From Archangium sp. (lineage in GTDB: Bacteria; Myxococcota; Myxococcia; Myxococcales; Myxococcaceae), in the NCBI GenBank assembly GCA_031367385.1, contig JANLPS010000470.1, positions 1-21,586 on the forward strand: a stretch of 21,586 bases of DNA. The letters are read 5' to 3'. Below the pieces are notes generated by a model that had not been told where the DNA came from, did not search any database, and saw nothing but the letters and a program-made list of their open reading frames with translations. A program made the translations under genes and the position numbers. Shown here piece after piece: positions 8,119 to 17,590 of this stretch. Numbering within the stretch: position 1 is the stretch's first letter; each line of letters begins with the position of its first letter.

Positions 8119-11056
8119 ACTGCGCCAGCCACACGTAGATCGCGTTGGGCCCGGTGGTCGCGAGATCGAGCTTGCCGTCGCCGTTGAAGTCACCCGAGGC
8201 GATGCGGTTCGCGCTGGCGCCGACGTTTGGGCCCGAGGCGAAGCCGCCCGTGCCGTCGCCGATGAAGAAGCCCAGGTTGCCTGAGCGCGTGGTGGCCACG
8301 TCGAGCTTGCCGTCGCCGTTCCAGTCGCGAACCAGCAGGTCGCCATTGGCCCCGGCGAAGGAAATCGGCGCTTGAAAGGTGAGCGCGCCTGAATTGAGCG
8401 CCACGACGAGGCTGCCGTTGACCGCCACGATGTCTTTTCTGCCGTCGCCATTGAGGTCGATGGCCACCAGGGCCGTGGCCGTGAACGGCAGCGTGTTGCC
8501 AGTGGGCACGATGGTGCCGGCGCTTTGGCGAAAGATGGTCGCGGGGTAGCCCTGCATCGAGACCACCACCTCGGCCACTGCGTCGCCGTCGAGGTCGGCG
8601 ATGACAGAGCCGTAAGGGTAGTTGTAGCCGTAGTCGCCGATCACGTTCGCGGTGTACGACCCAGCGCCTGAACCGGCCAGCAGCATCACTGCTGAGTTTT
8701 GGGGTGAGTTGAACCAGCTGCGGCCGAACACCAGGTCGATGCCTCCGCCACCGGTGATCTCACCCGCGCTGATGCGGCCCAACTGGGGCACGTTGGCTGG
8801 CACGCCCGTCTCGATCGACGCCTGAAAGGTGGCATTGCCGATGCCTTTGAGCACCCGCACCCAGCTGTAATACGGGTTGGTGTACTGCCAGCCGCCAACC
8901 ACGATGTCGTCGATGCCGTCGGCGTTGATGTCGGTGAAGAGAAGGTCGAACGGCGAGCACGCGTTGGGCGAAATGCACGCCGGGAAAGGCACCGGCGTCG
9001 GCGCGCTCAGCACGCCCGTCGAGGTGCCGAGCAAGAACGCCGGGGCCTGACCTGCCATCACCACCAGGTCGGCGTAGCCGTCACCGTTGACCCGGCCGCC
9101 GGCGAGCAACCCGTCTGACGAAGCCACGGCGGTGTCGAGCCGAGGCTGAAACCCGTTGGTGCACTTTCGCGGTTGGCCCGTGCAGAAGAAGCTCGCGCAG
9201 TCACTGGTGGCGTTGCACGGCTGCCCAAGCGGGCACGGAGCGCATGAGAGCCCGCCGCAGTCGAGGCCGACCTCGTCCTGGTTCTTTACTCCGTCGCTGC
9301 AGGTGGGGTCGGCGCTGCAGGTGCCGCTCGGGCACGAGCCGCTCAAGCAATCATCGCCGCTCGTGCAGGTCTTGCCCGAGGTGCACTTGCGGCTGCAGGG
9401 CCCACCACAGTCGACGTCAGCTTCGGTGCCATTCTTGTAGCCGTCGGTGCAGGTCGGCGCGGCGCACAGCCCCGTGTCGCAGGGCGCGTTGGCGCAGTCA
9501 GAGGCGTTCTTGCACTTCTGGCCCGTCGCGCACCTCGCCAAGCAGGTGCCACCGCAATCGACGTCGGTCTCGAGGCCATTCTGCGAGGCGTCGGTGCAGG
9601 TGGCGGCGATGCACACCTTGTTGCTGCACGAGTTCGTGATGCAGTCACCGTTGATCACGCAGGCGCGACCGGCGAAGCACCGGGCCGAGCACCCCAACCC
9701 ACCGCAATCGACGTCGGTCTCGAGGCCGTCTTTGAGCACGTTGGTGCAGCTCGCCGCGGCCGCGCACCGCAGCGACAAGCAGCTGTTCGAGCCGCAGTCG
9801 CCGGCTACCGCGCAGATCTTGCCCACCCCACACCGCGCCGTGCAGCTGCCTCCGCAGTCGACGTCGGTCTCAGAACCGTCTTTGGTGCCGTTGCCGCAGG
9901 TGCTGGGCATGCTGCAGAGGCCCGCGACGCAGTGGCCCGAGGCGCAATCGGTGTCGCCGCCGCAGGCCTTGGCGAGCACGCAGCGCGTGGGGCACGAGCC
10001 GCCGCAGTCGACGTCGCTCTCGTCGCCTCCTTGTTGGCCATCGGTGCAGCTGCTGGTGACGCAGACGCCGGCCGAGCAGACCTTGGAGGCAGGGCACTGC
10101 ACCCCTTCGCAGTTGACGTCGCGGCAGCCGGCGTTCACGCAGAGCGTGCCTTGCCGGCAGCTCGCCGCTTGGCAGTCGCGCGCGATGCACACGCCCTGGT
10201 AGCAGCCGGTGCCTGCTGCACAGCTGACTCCGACGCAGCTCTTGTCGACGCACTGGCCCGCAGGGCACACCTGCGAGGCGCTGCAGTTGGTGTCGGCACA
10301 ATCATCGGGGGCACAGGTCGAGTTGGCGCAGCTCTGGGTGCTGGTGCACACGGTCGAGCACCCCCCGCAGTGGGCGTCGTCACCGCGCGTGTCGATGCAG
10401 GCGCCACCGCACGCGCTCAAGCCGGCGTCGGCGGCGCAGGTGGGCGCGCCACAGCGGCCGGCTGCACAGACGCCTGACGCACAGTCGCCGCCCGCCGCGC
10501 AGCGGGCATGCTCGACGCAGCGAGTCGGGCAGCTGCCGCCGCAGTCGGTGTCGCTCTCTCCGGGTGAGATCACGCCGTCAGAACAGGTGCCGACCTCGCA
10601 GGTGCCTCCGCGGCAGTTGCTGCCGGTCGGGCACAGCACGCCTTCGCACGCGACGTCGCGGCAGCCACCGTTGACGCACAGCCAGCCTGCGGGGCAACTG
10701 ATCGCGCCGCACCCTTCGGGTACGCACGAGCCGCCGAAGCAGCCGGAGCCGCTCGGGCAGACCACGCCGACGCACGCCTTGTCGGTGCAGCGCATGCTCT
10801 GGCAGACCTGCGAGGGCGAACAGTCGGCGTTGGCGCAGTCGGCCGCGAAACAGGTGCCGGTGACGCAGCTCTGCGACGCGGAGCAGGCCGTCGCGCACGC
10901 GCCACAATGCGCATCATCGCTCTGAAGCCGAACACACTCGTTGCCGCACGCCGAAAGCCCCGCATCGGTCTCGCAGTGAGGCGTCGAGGCGACCGGGGTC
11001 GCTGTCGTACACCCTGCGAGCATGAGGAGCGCGGCAACCGCAGAGCGAACGTGCAT
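8117..11056 (-). CDS. Large cysteine-rich repeat lipoprotein with C-terminal FG-GAP/VCBS beta-propeller
   Basis: 979 aa; lipobox LAGC at C16. About 600 aa of Cys-rich repeats (DDAHCG.C...C twice, E.DvDCGG..C seven times), then seven DxNGDGxxD-type repeats (GRVNGDGYAD, DINADGIDD, EITGGGGID, DLDGDAVAE, DLNGDGRKD, DWNGDGKLD, DFNGDGKLD). Confidence 0.88.
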   Translation of the reverse strand: MHVRSAVAALLMLAGCTTATPVASTPHCETDAGLSACGNECVRLQSDDAHCGACATACSASQSCVTGTCFAADCANADCSPSQVCQSMRCTDKACVGVVCPSGSGCFGGSCVPEGCGAISCPAGWLCVNGGCRDVACEGVLCPTGSNCRGGTCEVGTCSDGVISPGESDTDCGGSCPTRCVEHARCAAGGDCASGVCAAGRCGAPTCAADAGLSACGGACIDTRGDDAHCGGCSTVCTSTQSCANSTCAPDDCADTNCSASQVCPAGQCVDKSCVGVSCAAGTGCYQGVCIARDCQAASCRQGTLCVNAGCRDVNCEGVQCPASKVCSAGVCVTSSCTDGQQGGDESDVDCGGSCPTRCVLAKACGGDTDCASGHCVAGLCSMPSTCGNGTKDGSETDVDCGGSCTARCGVGKICAVAGDCGSNSCLSLRCAAAASCTNVLKDGLETDVDCGGLGCSARCFAGRACVINGDCITNSCSNKVCIAATCTDASQNGLETDVDCGGTCLARCATGQKCKNASDCANAPCDTGLCAAPTCTDGYKNGTEADVDCGGPCSRKCTSGKTCTSGDDCLSGSCPSGTCSADPTCSDGVKNQDEVGLDCGGLSCAPCPLGQPCNATSDCASFFCTGQPRKCTNGFQPRLDTAVASSDGLLAGGRVNGDGYADLVVMAGQAPAFLLGTSTGVLSAPTPVPFPACISPNACSPFDLLFTDINADGIDDIVVGGWQYTNPYYSWVRVLKGIGNATFQASIETGVPANVPQLGRISAGEITGGGGIDLVFGRSWFNSPQNSAVMLLAGSGAGSYTANVIGDYGYNYPYGSVIADLDGDAVAEVVVSMQGYPATIFRQSAGTIVPTGNTLPFTATALVAIDLNGDGRKDIVAVNGSLVVALNSGALTFQAPISFAGANGDLLVRDWNGDGKLDVATTRSGNLGFFIGDGTGGFASGPNVGASANRIASGDFNGDGKLDLATTGPNAIYVWLAQ
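9160..10050 (-). repeat. Six tandem ~150-bp (~50 aa) Cys-rich coding repeats
   Basis: The DCGG-encoding core (CCGCA[AG]TCGACGTC-like on +) recurs near 9255, 9405, 9555, 9705, 9855 and 10005. Confidence 0.85.
9902..10975 (-). repeat. Direct tandem duplication of 537 bp (179 aa) within the Cys-rich gene
   Basis: CETDAGLSACG (starts 10975) and CAADAGLSACG (starts 10438) begin two collinear units that share Cys spacing and the motifs DDAHCG, SQVC, DK.CVGV, CVN.GCRDV.CEGV and DCGGSCPTRCV. Confidence 0.88.
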
Positions 11057-11149
11057 CGCCGCATTTTTACCGGGTTCACCGTGATGTCTACCGTTTTGGG
11101 TGGCCCACCAGGTGGGTCAATCTGCTGCGAGGTAGGCTTTATTGCGGCC

Positions 11150-13015
11150 CTAATTCGTCACCGCTCGCAGCTTGCGCTCGAGGTCGGCGCGCTGGTTTCG
11201 GCGGTCGACGTTCTCGGGGCTCTCGACGATCAACTGCAGCGCGTGCTTGAAAGCCTCGGCCGCCTTGACCCGCTTTGACGACCGCATCGCGGCGTCGCCC
11301 AGGTGCTCGAGCAACGTCGCCTCGTCGGGCGCTTCGGTCACGGCCCGCTCGAGAAAGTCGACCGCTTTGTCGAACTCGCCGCGCTTGTACAGCACCCACC
11401 CCATCGAATCGAGATACGCCGCTGAATCGGGCCGCGTATCGAGCGCGCGCTTGACCAGCTTCTCGGCCTCATCGAGGTCGCCGCCGTGATCAGCCAAGGT
11501 GTACCCGATGAAGTTCATCGCCGCGGCGTTCGCCGGGTTCGCCTCGAGCACGCTGCGCATTTTTTCGACGCTCTTCTGCCACGCCCCCAGCCGCTCGAGC
11601 GCCGTCGCCAGCGCGAAGGTCAGCGCCTCGTCTTTGGGCTGCCGCTGCGAGGCTTGCGTAAAGAGCGACACCGCCTCGGCATTGCGGTTCTGCCGATCGT
11701 AGAACCCGCCGATCGCCTCGAGCAGATCGACCGACGGCCGGGTGGCGAAGGCCTTGAGCAGCAGCGACTCTGATTCTTTGACCTGCGATGAGCGCTCGAG
11801 CGCCCTCGCCCACGCCGCGTCGAGGCCACTGAGCTCGGGCTTCTCTTCTGAGACCTTGTGAAACAAGTCGATCGACGCCTTGTGCTGACCCAGCGACGAC
11901 AGGCACATCGCCCGGTGCATCTTGGCCTCGAATGACAGGTCACCCATCTCGCGGGGCACCGCTTCGAAGGCGTCTGCGGCCTTCTGCCAGGCGTGCCGCT
12001 TCTCGTGCACCAGCCCCGCGTAGAAGTGAAGCCTCGGCTCTTCGCTGCTCTTTCGCGCCGAGTCGAGTACCTCAGCCGCCGCGTTGTACTGGTGCACCGC
12101 CAGGTACGAGAACGCCACCTTCACCACCTGCTCGGGGTCTTTCGACAGCGAGAGCAACAAGTCGAAGTACGCGTGCGCGTCGGCCGCGTTCTCCATGCGC
12201 AGGGCCAGGCGACCGGCGGCGAGCAACACCTCGACGTTCTCAGGGTCACGCTCGAGAGCGCGGCCGTAGGCCTCGACCGCTCTCGGCAGCCGGTTGGTCG
12301 TCTCATACAAGTGCGCCAGCGTGACCCACGACTCGAGATCACCCGGGTCGCGATCAACGGCTCGGGTCAGCAACTTCTCGGCGCGCGGGCCATCACCCCG
12401 CTCAGCCAGCGCGAGGCCCAGACGGCGAAAGCCGATCGGCTCACCAGGCACCGCGGCGCCTAGATCTTCGACGACCTTCACGGCCTCATCGACCTTGCCT
12501 TGATCGAGACACAGCTGCGTCAGTACCAGATACGCATCGGGGTCGTTCGGGCGGAGCCGAATCGCGCGCGAGAGGTGCGCCCGGGCCCGCGTCGTCTTCT
12601 GCGATTCGTAGAGCACCCGCCCCATCATCAACTGCGCCGGCGCGTAGTCAGGGGCCACGTCGATGACCCGCTTGAGCTGCGCTTCTGCTTTCTCCAAGTC
12701 GCTCATGCGCGCGAACTGCTCAGCCAGCTCGGTCATCAGGTACGGGCTGGCGTCATCTGAAGCCAACGCGAGGCGCAGCTCATCGAGCGCCATGCGGTGC
12801 TCGCCTTCGTGATGGGCCAAGCGCGCCCGAAGAAAGTGCGCATACGACGCCGCGCTGGGAAATTGGGTCTGCGAGTCTTGCGTCGCGACCATCGCCTCTT
12901 GCATGGCCGCGTAGTCGACCGGGGGCCGCTTCACCGTCGCAGGAGCCACCACCGGCGCCGCCGCGAGGGCCGTCGTCATCACGAGTCGAAAGACAAAGAC
13001 CAAGGGCTCACTCAC
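11150..13015 (-). CDS. Tetratricopeptide-repeat protein, probably exported
   Basis: 621 aa of TPR motifs throughout, ending in the NAAAMNFIGYTLAD...AYLDSMGWVLYKRG...LEHLGDA module typical of periplasmic TPR proteins; hydrophobic, Ala-rich N-terminus. Exact start uncertain. Confidence 0.88.
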   Translation of the reverse strand: MSEPLVFVFRLVMTTALAAAPVVAPATVKRPPVDYAAMQEAMVATQDSQTQFPSAASYAHFLRARLAHHEGEHRMALDELRLALASDDASPYLMTELAEQFARMSDLEKAEAQLKRVIDVAPDYAPAQLMMGRVLYESQKTTRARAHLSRAIRLRPNDPDAYLVLTQLCLDQGKVDEAVKVVEDLGAAVPGEPIGFRRLGLALAERGDGPRAEKLLTRAVDRDPGDLESWVTLAHLYETTNRLPRAVEAYGRALERDPENVEVLLAAGRLALRMENAADAHAYFDLLLSLSKDPEQVVKVAFSYLAVHQYNAAAEVLDSARKSSEEPRLHFYAGLVHEKRHAWQKAADAFEAVPREMGDLSFEAKMHRAMCLSSLGQHKASIDLFHKVSEEKPELSGLDAAWARALERSSQVKESESLLLKAFATRPSVDLLEAIGGFYDRQNRNAEAVSLFTQASQRQPKDEALTFALATALERLGAWQKSVEKMRSVLEANPANAAAMNFIGYTLADHGGDLDEAEKLVKRALDTRPDSAAYLDSMGWVLYKRGEFDKAVDFLERAVTEAPDEATLLEHLGDAAMRSSKRVKAAEAFKHALQLIVESPENVDRRNQRADLERKLRAVTN

Positions 13016-13019
13016 TTAC

Positions 13020-15325
13020 TTACGAGAGCAACTGCTCGAGAACATGTTCGGCCGACGACTCATCATCTCTCACTTCAATCAACCGCGAACGATAGGCGAC
13101 TCCATTGTCTTGCAGCAGCCCGCACATTCGGGCGATCAACGGCCGAGCGGCCTCGGTCGGAGTCTCCGGCAAAATCGTCACCAAGACACCACTGCCTAAA
13201 TGTCCCACCACGTCGGGTGAGCGAAGCTCGGTGCGCACAATGCCCGCCAAGACACGCACACGGTCGCCCGGCGGCATGGTCGGCTTGAGCACCACCAGCG
13301 TCAGCGGCCGCGCATAGCGCAGGCTGCGCGACATCTCCTGCTCGAGGCGGTTGACGATGCCCACGTGATCGAAGAGCCCCGTCTCGCGATCATTGCCCGG
13401 GCCCGATTGCATCAGCACCGTCGAGCGCTTGAGCGCCGCGTTCACCTTGGTGAGCAACGTGTTGAGGGGAAAAGGTTTGGTCAGGTGATCAATCGCGCCC
13501 AGGTCGAGGCTGCGCAGCGTGCCGCCCAGGTCAGGGTGCGCCGAGATCAGCACCACCGGTATCTGCGCCGTCTCTGGCATCGACTGGAGCGCCTTGAGCG
13601 TGTCGAGCCCGTCGCGGTTGGGCATGAACAGGTCCATCACGATGCAGTCGGGCCGCAGCTGCTTGGCGCGCACGAGCCCCTCGTCGCCGTCTCGCGCGAC
13701 CTCGACGCGGTAGTGCCCCGACAGACCCAGCGAGCAGACCCGCGCGAACACCGGGTCGTCTTCGACCAGCAGAATCACCGGAGCGTCGGTCTTGCGCGCC
13801 GGCCCCAGCGTGAGTGAGTCGCGGGTCATCGGCAGGGTGAACGAGAAGCTCGCGCCACCCTCGGCAGGCGCCTCAGCCCAGATTTCGCCGCCGTGCCGCT
13901 CGACGAAGTCTCGGCAGATCGCCAGGCCCAAGCCGGTCGAGCGCTCGAAGGCCAGCAGCAGATCATTCGGGTCTTTGACGATGCCGTCGTCTTTGACCTG
14001 CACGAAGGCCAGCGGGCCCGCAGGTGACGGCTTGAGCCGCGCTTGCACCACGATCTGCGACGCGCCGCGGGCGTGCTTGAGCGAGTTGGTGATCAGGTTC
14101 TGCAGCACCTGCCGAATCTTCTGCTCGTCGCCCAGCACCATCAGGCTCATCGGGGCTTCGACCCGCAGGGCGATCTGCTTCTCACGCGCGAGAATCTGCA
14201 GGTCTTGCACGGCCTCCTGGCAGGTCTCCGCGACGTCCATCGTCTTGGTGAAGAGCACGATGTGCCCGTCTTCACCGCGGCTCTTCTCGAGCAGCGTCTC
14301 GACCAGCGCGAGCACCTTCTTGGTGGTGCGCTGAATCGCTTCGATCGACGGCCGGTGCGCCGCGGGCAGCTTCGCGTCTTCGAGCAACATCCACGCGTGG
14401 CCGATCAGCACGTTGAGCGGCGCCCGCAGGTCGTGGCTGAGCACCGCCAGCATCTCGTTCTTCTTGCGGTCGAGCGCGTTGAGGCGCCGGTTGGCCTCGC
14501 CCAGCTCGCGGTAGCGCTCGAGGTACGCGGCTTCGAGCGACTCGCGGGTCTTCTGCACGTTCGTCTGCGCGTGCTCGTGCTCGAGCGCGTGGCTCAGCGC
14601 GACCGCGACCGCATTGAGAAAATCGCCTTCTTCGGCGTCGAAGCCTGCCTGCCGCTTCAGCACGAACGCCGCACGCCCTGCCCTTCGGCCGGGCACGGGT
14701 GCACCCAGGTGCCGTCGCTCTCGAAGGGTTGCCGTGTCTCGAGCGCCTTGCGAAGCATCGGAGCGACCGCGAGATCGACCGTGGCCTTGCCCTTGACGCC
14801 CACCAGGTACGCTTTGCGCGGCGCTTCGCCCTCGAGCACCAGCAGCGACACGTCGTCGCAGTTGAGCGCGGTCACCAGCCGCCGGGCCACCGCCGCGACC
14901 AGGTCACCGAAATGCTGCCGGGAGCGGCTAACCTCGAGCAACAGCTCCAACCGGCTGCGAACCAGGCGCTCGCGCTCGCTGAGCCTTCGGGCCCGCACGC
15001 TGGCGCCGATCAGCCGCTCGAGCTCTTCGGGGTTGCCCGCGATGCCGTCGATGTCGAGCCCTGCCAGCGAGCGGGTCGAAGCGCCCCGGCTGTCGACCAG
15101 CACCGGCACGGCCTTCAGCGCGGGGTGCTTGCGAAGCCGCTGCAGGGTGCTCGAGGCCACCCGCGCCGGAGTCGCCAGCACAATCACGTCAGGCCTGGCC
15201 TGCGCAGCGATCGCATCGACGGTTTTCGCTGTGCCAGAGGTGCAGGCGTAGCCGCGGGCCTCGAGCCGCTCGACGAGGCTTTCGACCTTGGACCCGACGA
15301 TCAACACCTGCCCCGAAGAAGACAC
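13020..15325 (-). pseudogene. sgmT: SgmT-like hybrid histidine kinase (pseudo-receiver, GAF, HisKA, HATPase, receiver, degenerate GGDEF), frameshifted near 14672 in this sequence
   Basis: ORF 14657-15325 has a receiver-like fold and the first half of a GAF domain. ORF 13020-14696 continues the GAF (AAFVLKR...FDAEEGDFLNAVAVALSHALE), then H-box LSHDLRAPL, N-box QVLQNLITNS, G2 TGLGLAIC, receiver (ILLVEDD, PDCIVMD, KPF) and a GGDEF-like domain (DRETGLFD...RSPD-VVGHL-GSGVL). One added base joins them into 768 aa. May be a sequencing error rather than a true pseudogene. Confidence 0.8.
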
Positions 15326-15388
15326 GCGGCAACTCTACAGCCTCACGCTATAGTCCGCCCGGGCCGTCGTTCATCCCACACTGGCGCC
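15326..15388. promoter_or_regulatory. 63-bp divergent promoter region between sgmT and the OmpA-family gene
   Basis: -10-like hexamers 6 nt upstream of each start: TAGAGT (minus, 15337-15332) and CACACT (plus, 15377-15382); also TATAGT at 15349-15354. No Shine-Dalgarno seen for either gene. Confidence 0.5.
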
Positions 15389-17590
15389 ATGCACCTTACA
15401 CTCCGCTCCCTCGTCCTCCTTGTGGTTGCATCGACGGCTTTTGCTCAGGCAGGTGATGAGTGGAGCACGTTTCCCCCCGCCCAACCGGCGCCGGTGACCA
15501 CTCCAGTGACCACCCCGGCGGCGAAGCCCGCGCCGCAACCGGTCGCGACTCCTGCGCAGCCGACGATGCAGCCGGCGCCGTCGAGCTCGCCGCCACCCGC
15601 GTCGTCGTTCAGCCGCTCGGCCCCCGCGGTCACGCCGCAGCAGCGCATCGACGAGCGCATGTATGCTGCCATGGCAACCGACGCCGGCGTTGGCGATGAC
15701 GCGCTGCCCATTGTTTCTCGCAAAGAACGCTTCGAGCCCGGCAGCGAGCCGCACAGCCCCTCGACCTGGGGCAACCCGTGGGACGGGCCCAACAACGCGC
15801 GCGTCACCGTCGGTCAATCAGGCATCGGCACCGCCTGGCTGCCCAGCGCACGCCTCGGCCCCAAAGGCCTGGTGCGGGTCTCGATTCTCGGCGAGTACTT
15901 GAACCAGCTCGATTTTCCCGTTCTCAATGCGCAAGACATTCGCTCGGGCGTGACCTTCGCGGCCAGCTTTCAGCCCTTCGAGTGGGGCGAGATCTTCGTC
16001 GCTTACGGAGCGACCGCCAACACCAACAACCGCACCTCACCCAACCTGATTCAGGCGCTCGGTGACCTCACCCTGGGCGTCAAGGTCTCGCACGAATGGG
16101 CCCGGGGCCTGCACGCCGGGGTCGACCTGCGGCTGCTCACCTTCTCGGGCGTCGGCAACCAGAGCATCGACCGGTTCGCGGTGGGCTTCAAACCGACGCT
16201 GCTCGGCACCTACGACTTCAGCGCGCTCTCGCCGAAAGTACCGGCGATCTTCACCCTGCTCGTCGGTGTCACGGTCGACTCGACTGCGAATCTGGTCACC
16301 AACCAGCGGCTCAACGCCTCTGAGCAGTTCGCGCTCGGTACCTATGGGTACCACCGCTTCAACTTCGGCATGTCACTCGAAGTGCCCCTGCCGATCGTCA
16401 CGCCGTTCATCGAGTACTCGCTGGCCGCGCCCCTCGGCGTGCCCGCCAGCGGCCTCTTCGGCCCCGACGGCGTCGCCGTGCCCGCGTCGAGCGCGATGCC
16501 CCAGGTGTTGGGCCTCGGCATCAAAGTCACTGCCATCAAAGACCTGACCCTGATGACCGGCGTCAACATCGGCCTCTCGCGCGCGGTGGGCCTCGGCATC
16601 CCCGCCACTCCGCCGTGGAACTACTTCTTGGGCGCCTCGTTCGCCATCGACCCCTTTCAGCGCGGCGAGGCGAAGATCGTCGAGACCACCCGCGAGCGCA
16701 AAATCGAGCAGAAGGTCGCCGAAGCGCCGAAGACCTCGCGCGTCGAAGGCACCGTCGTCGAGCTCGCCACCCGCAAACCCATCGCTGGCGCCATCGTCGG
16801 AGCACCGGGCGTTTCTCCCTCGGCCACCGACGCCGACGGCCGGTTCACCACCCTCGAGCTCAAAGACCCGAAGGTGAAGCTCACCATCACCCGCGATGGC
16901 TTCAAGCAAGGCGAGCAAGAGGTCACGCTCGAGCCGGGCAAGACGGCCAAGGCCGACATCGCCCTCGAAGAAGACGTGAAGAAGGCGGCCTTCGAGGTGC
17001 TCGCCACCGCGGCCAAGAAGCCGCTCAAGGTCGCCGTGCTGGTCAAGGGCCCGACCACACTCACCGTGCAGACCGAAGATGCGCCCAAGCACGTCGAGGT
17101 CGCCGGCGGCAACTACACCGTCAGCGTCAACGCCGAAGGGTACCTGGCGCAGACCAAAGAGGTGCAGGTCGCTCCGGGCGGCAAGATGGCGATCACCTTC
17201 GAGCTGACCGCCGAGCCCAAGGTCAGGCTGGTCATTCTCAAGGGCGACAAGATCGAGATTCTGCAGCAAGTGCACTTCGCGACCGGCAAGGCCCAGATTC
17301 TGGCCGACTCCTACAGCCTGTTGCAGCAGGTGGTCGACGTGGTGGTGAAGAACAACGTCAAGCGCATGCGCGTCGAGGGCCACACCGACAACAAGGGCGA
17401 CAAGGCCGCCAACCAGGCGTTGTCTGACGCCCGGGCCCGCTCGGTGGCCGACTACCTCATCGCACAAGGCGTCGACCCTTCGCATCTCGAGGCGACGGGC
17501 TATGGTGACAGCCGACCCATTGCACCCAACCTCACCGCGCGGGGCCGAGAGCTGAATCGCCGCGTCGAGTTCATCATTCTCGAGAAGTAG
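15389..17590 (+). CDS. OmpA-family outer-membrane protein (beta-barrel, carboxypeptidase-regulatory/PEGA-like domains, OmpA C-terminal domain)
   Basis: Start moved from 14699 to ATG 15389 (MHLTLRSLVLLVVASTAFA signal peptide; 733 aa). Pro-rich linker, amphipathic beta-strands, VEGTVVELATRKPIAGAIV...TDADGRF domain, and OmpA motifs VHFATGKA, VEGHTD, NQALSDARARSV, GYGDSRPI, GRELNRRVEF. Confidence 0.92.
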   Translation: MHLTLRSLVLLVVASTAFAQAGDEWSTFPPAQPAPVTTPVTTPAAKPAPQPVATPAQPTMQPAPSSSPPPASSFSRSAPAVTPQQRIDERMYAAMATDAGVGDDALPIVSRKERFEPGSEPHSPSTWGNPWDGPNNARVTVGQSGIGTAWLPSARLGPKGLVRVSILGEYLNQLDFPVLNAQDIRSGVTFAASFQPFEWGEIFVAYGATANTNNRTSPNLIQALGDLTLGVKVSHEWARGLHAGVDLRLLTFSGVGNQSIDRFAVGFKPTLLGTYDFSALSPKVPAIFTLLVGVTVDSTANLVTNQRLNASEQFALGTYGYHRFNFGMSLEVPLPIVTPFIEYSLAAPLGVPASGLFGPDGVAVPASSAMPQVLGLGIKVTAIKDLTLMTGVNIGLSRAVGLGIPATPPWNYFLGASFAIDPFQRGEAKIVETTRERKIEQKVAEAPKTSRVEGTVVELATRKPIAGAIVGAPGVSPSATDADGRFTTLELKDPKVKLTITRDGFKQGEQEVTLEPGKTAKADIALEEDVKKAAFEVLATAAKKPLKVAVLVKGPTTLTVQTEDAPKHVEVAGGNYTVSVNAEGYLAQTKEVQVAPGGKMAITFELTAEPKVRLVILKGDKIEILQQVHFATGKAQILADSYSLLQQVVDVVVKNNVKRMRVEGHTDNKGDKAANQALSDARARSVADYLIAQGVDPSHLEATGYGDSRPIAPNLTARGRELNRRVEFIILEK

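Noticed and set aside
9160..10050. Regularly spaced repeats as a CRISPR array
   Set aside because: The period is ~150 bp and in frame, copies vary at synonymous sites, intervening sequence is homologous coding DNA, and no cas genes are present.
11104..11116. Palindrome CCCACC-A-GGTGGG upstream of the Cys-rich gene as an operator
   Set aside because: A single 6-bp GC-rich arm pair is expected by chance; no second copy was noticed.
14657..14696. Programmed ribosomal frameshift in sgmT
   Set aside because: No slippery sequence or stimulatory structure is evident; a single missing base explains the break more simply.
14699..15388. 230-aa N-terminal extension of the OmpA ORF
   Set aside because: It is the antisense shadow of the sgmT 5' half; the signal peptide starts at ATG 15389.
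8117..17590. Cys-rich surface protein plus OmpA barrel as a TraA/TraB outer-membrane-exchange pair
   Set aside because: The genes are over 4 kb apart on opposite strands. The Cys-rich protein has a lipobox and FG-GAP head rather than a PA14-like domain and MYXO-CTERM, and the OmpA protein lacks the DxDxDG thrombospondin type 3 repeats of TraB.
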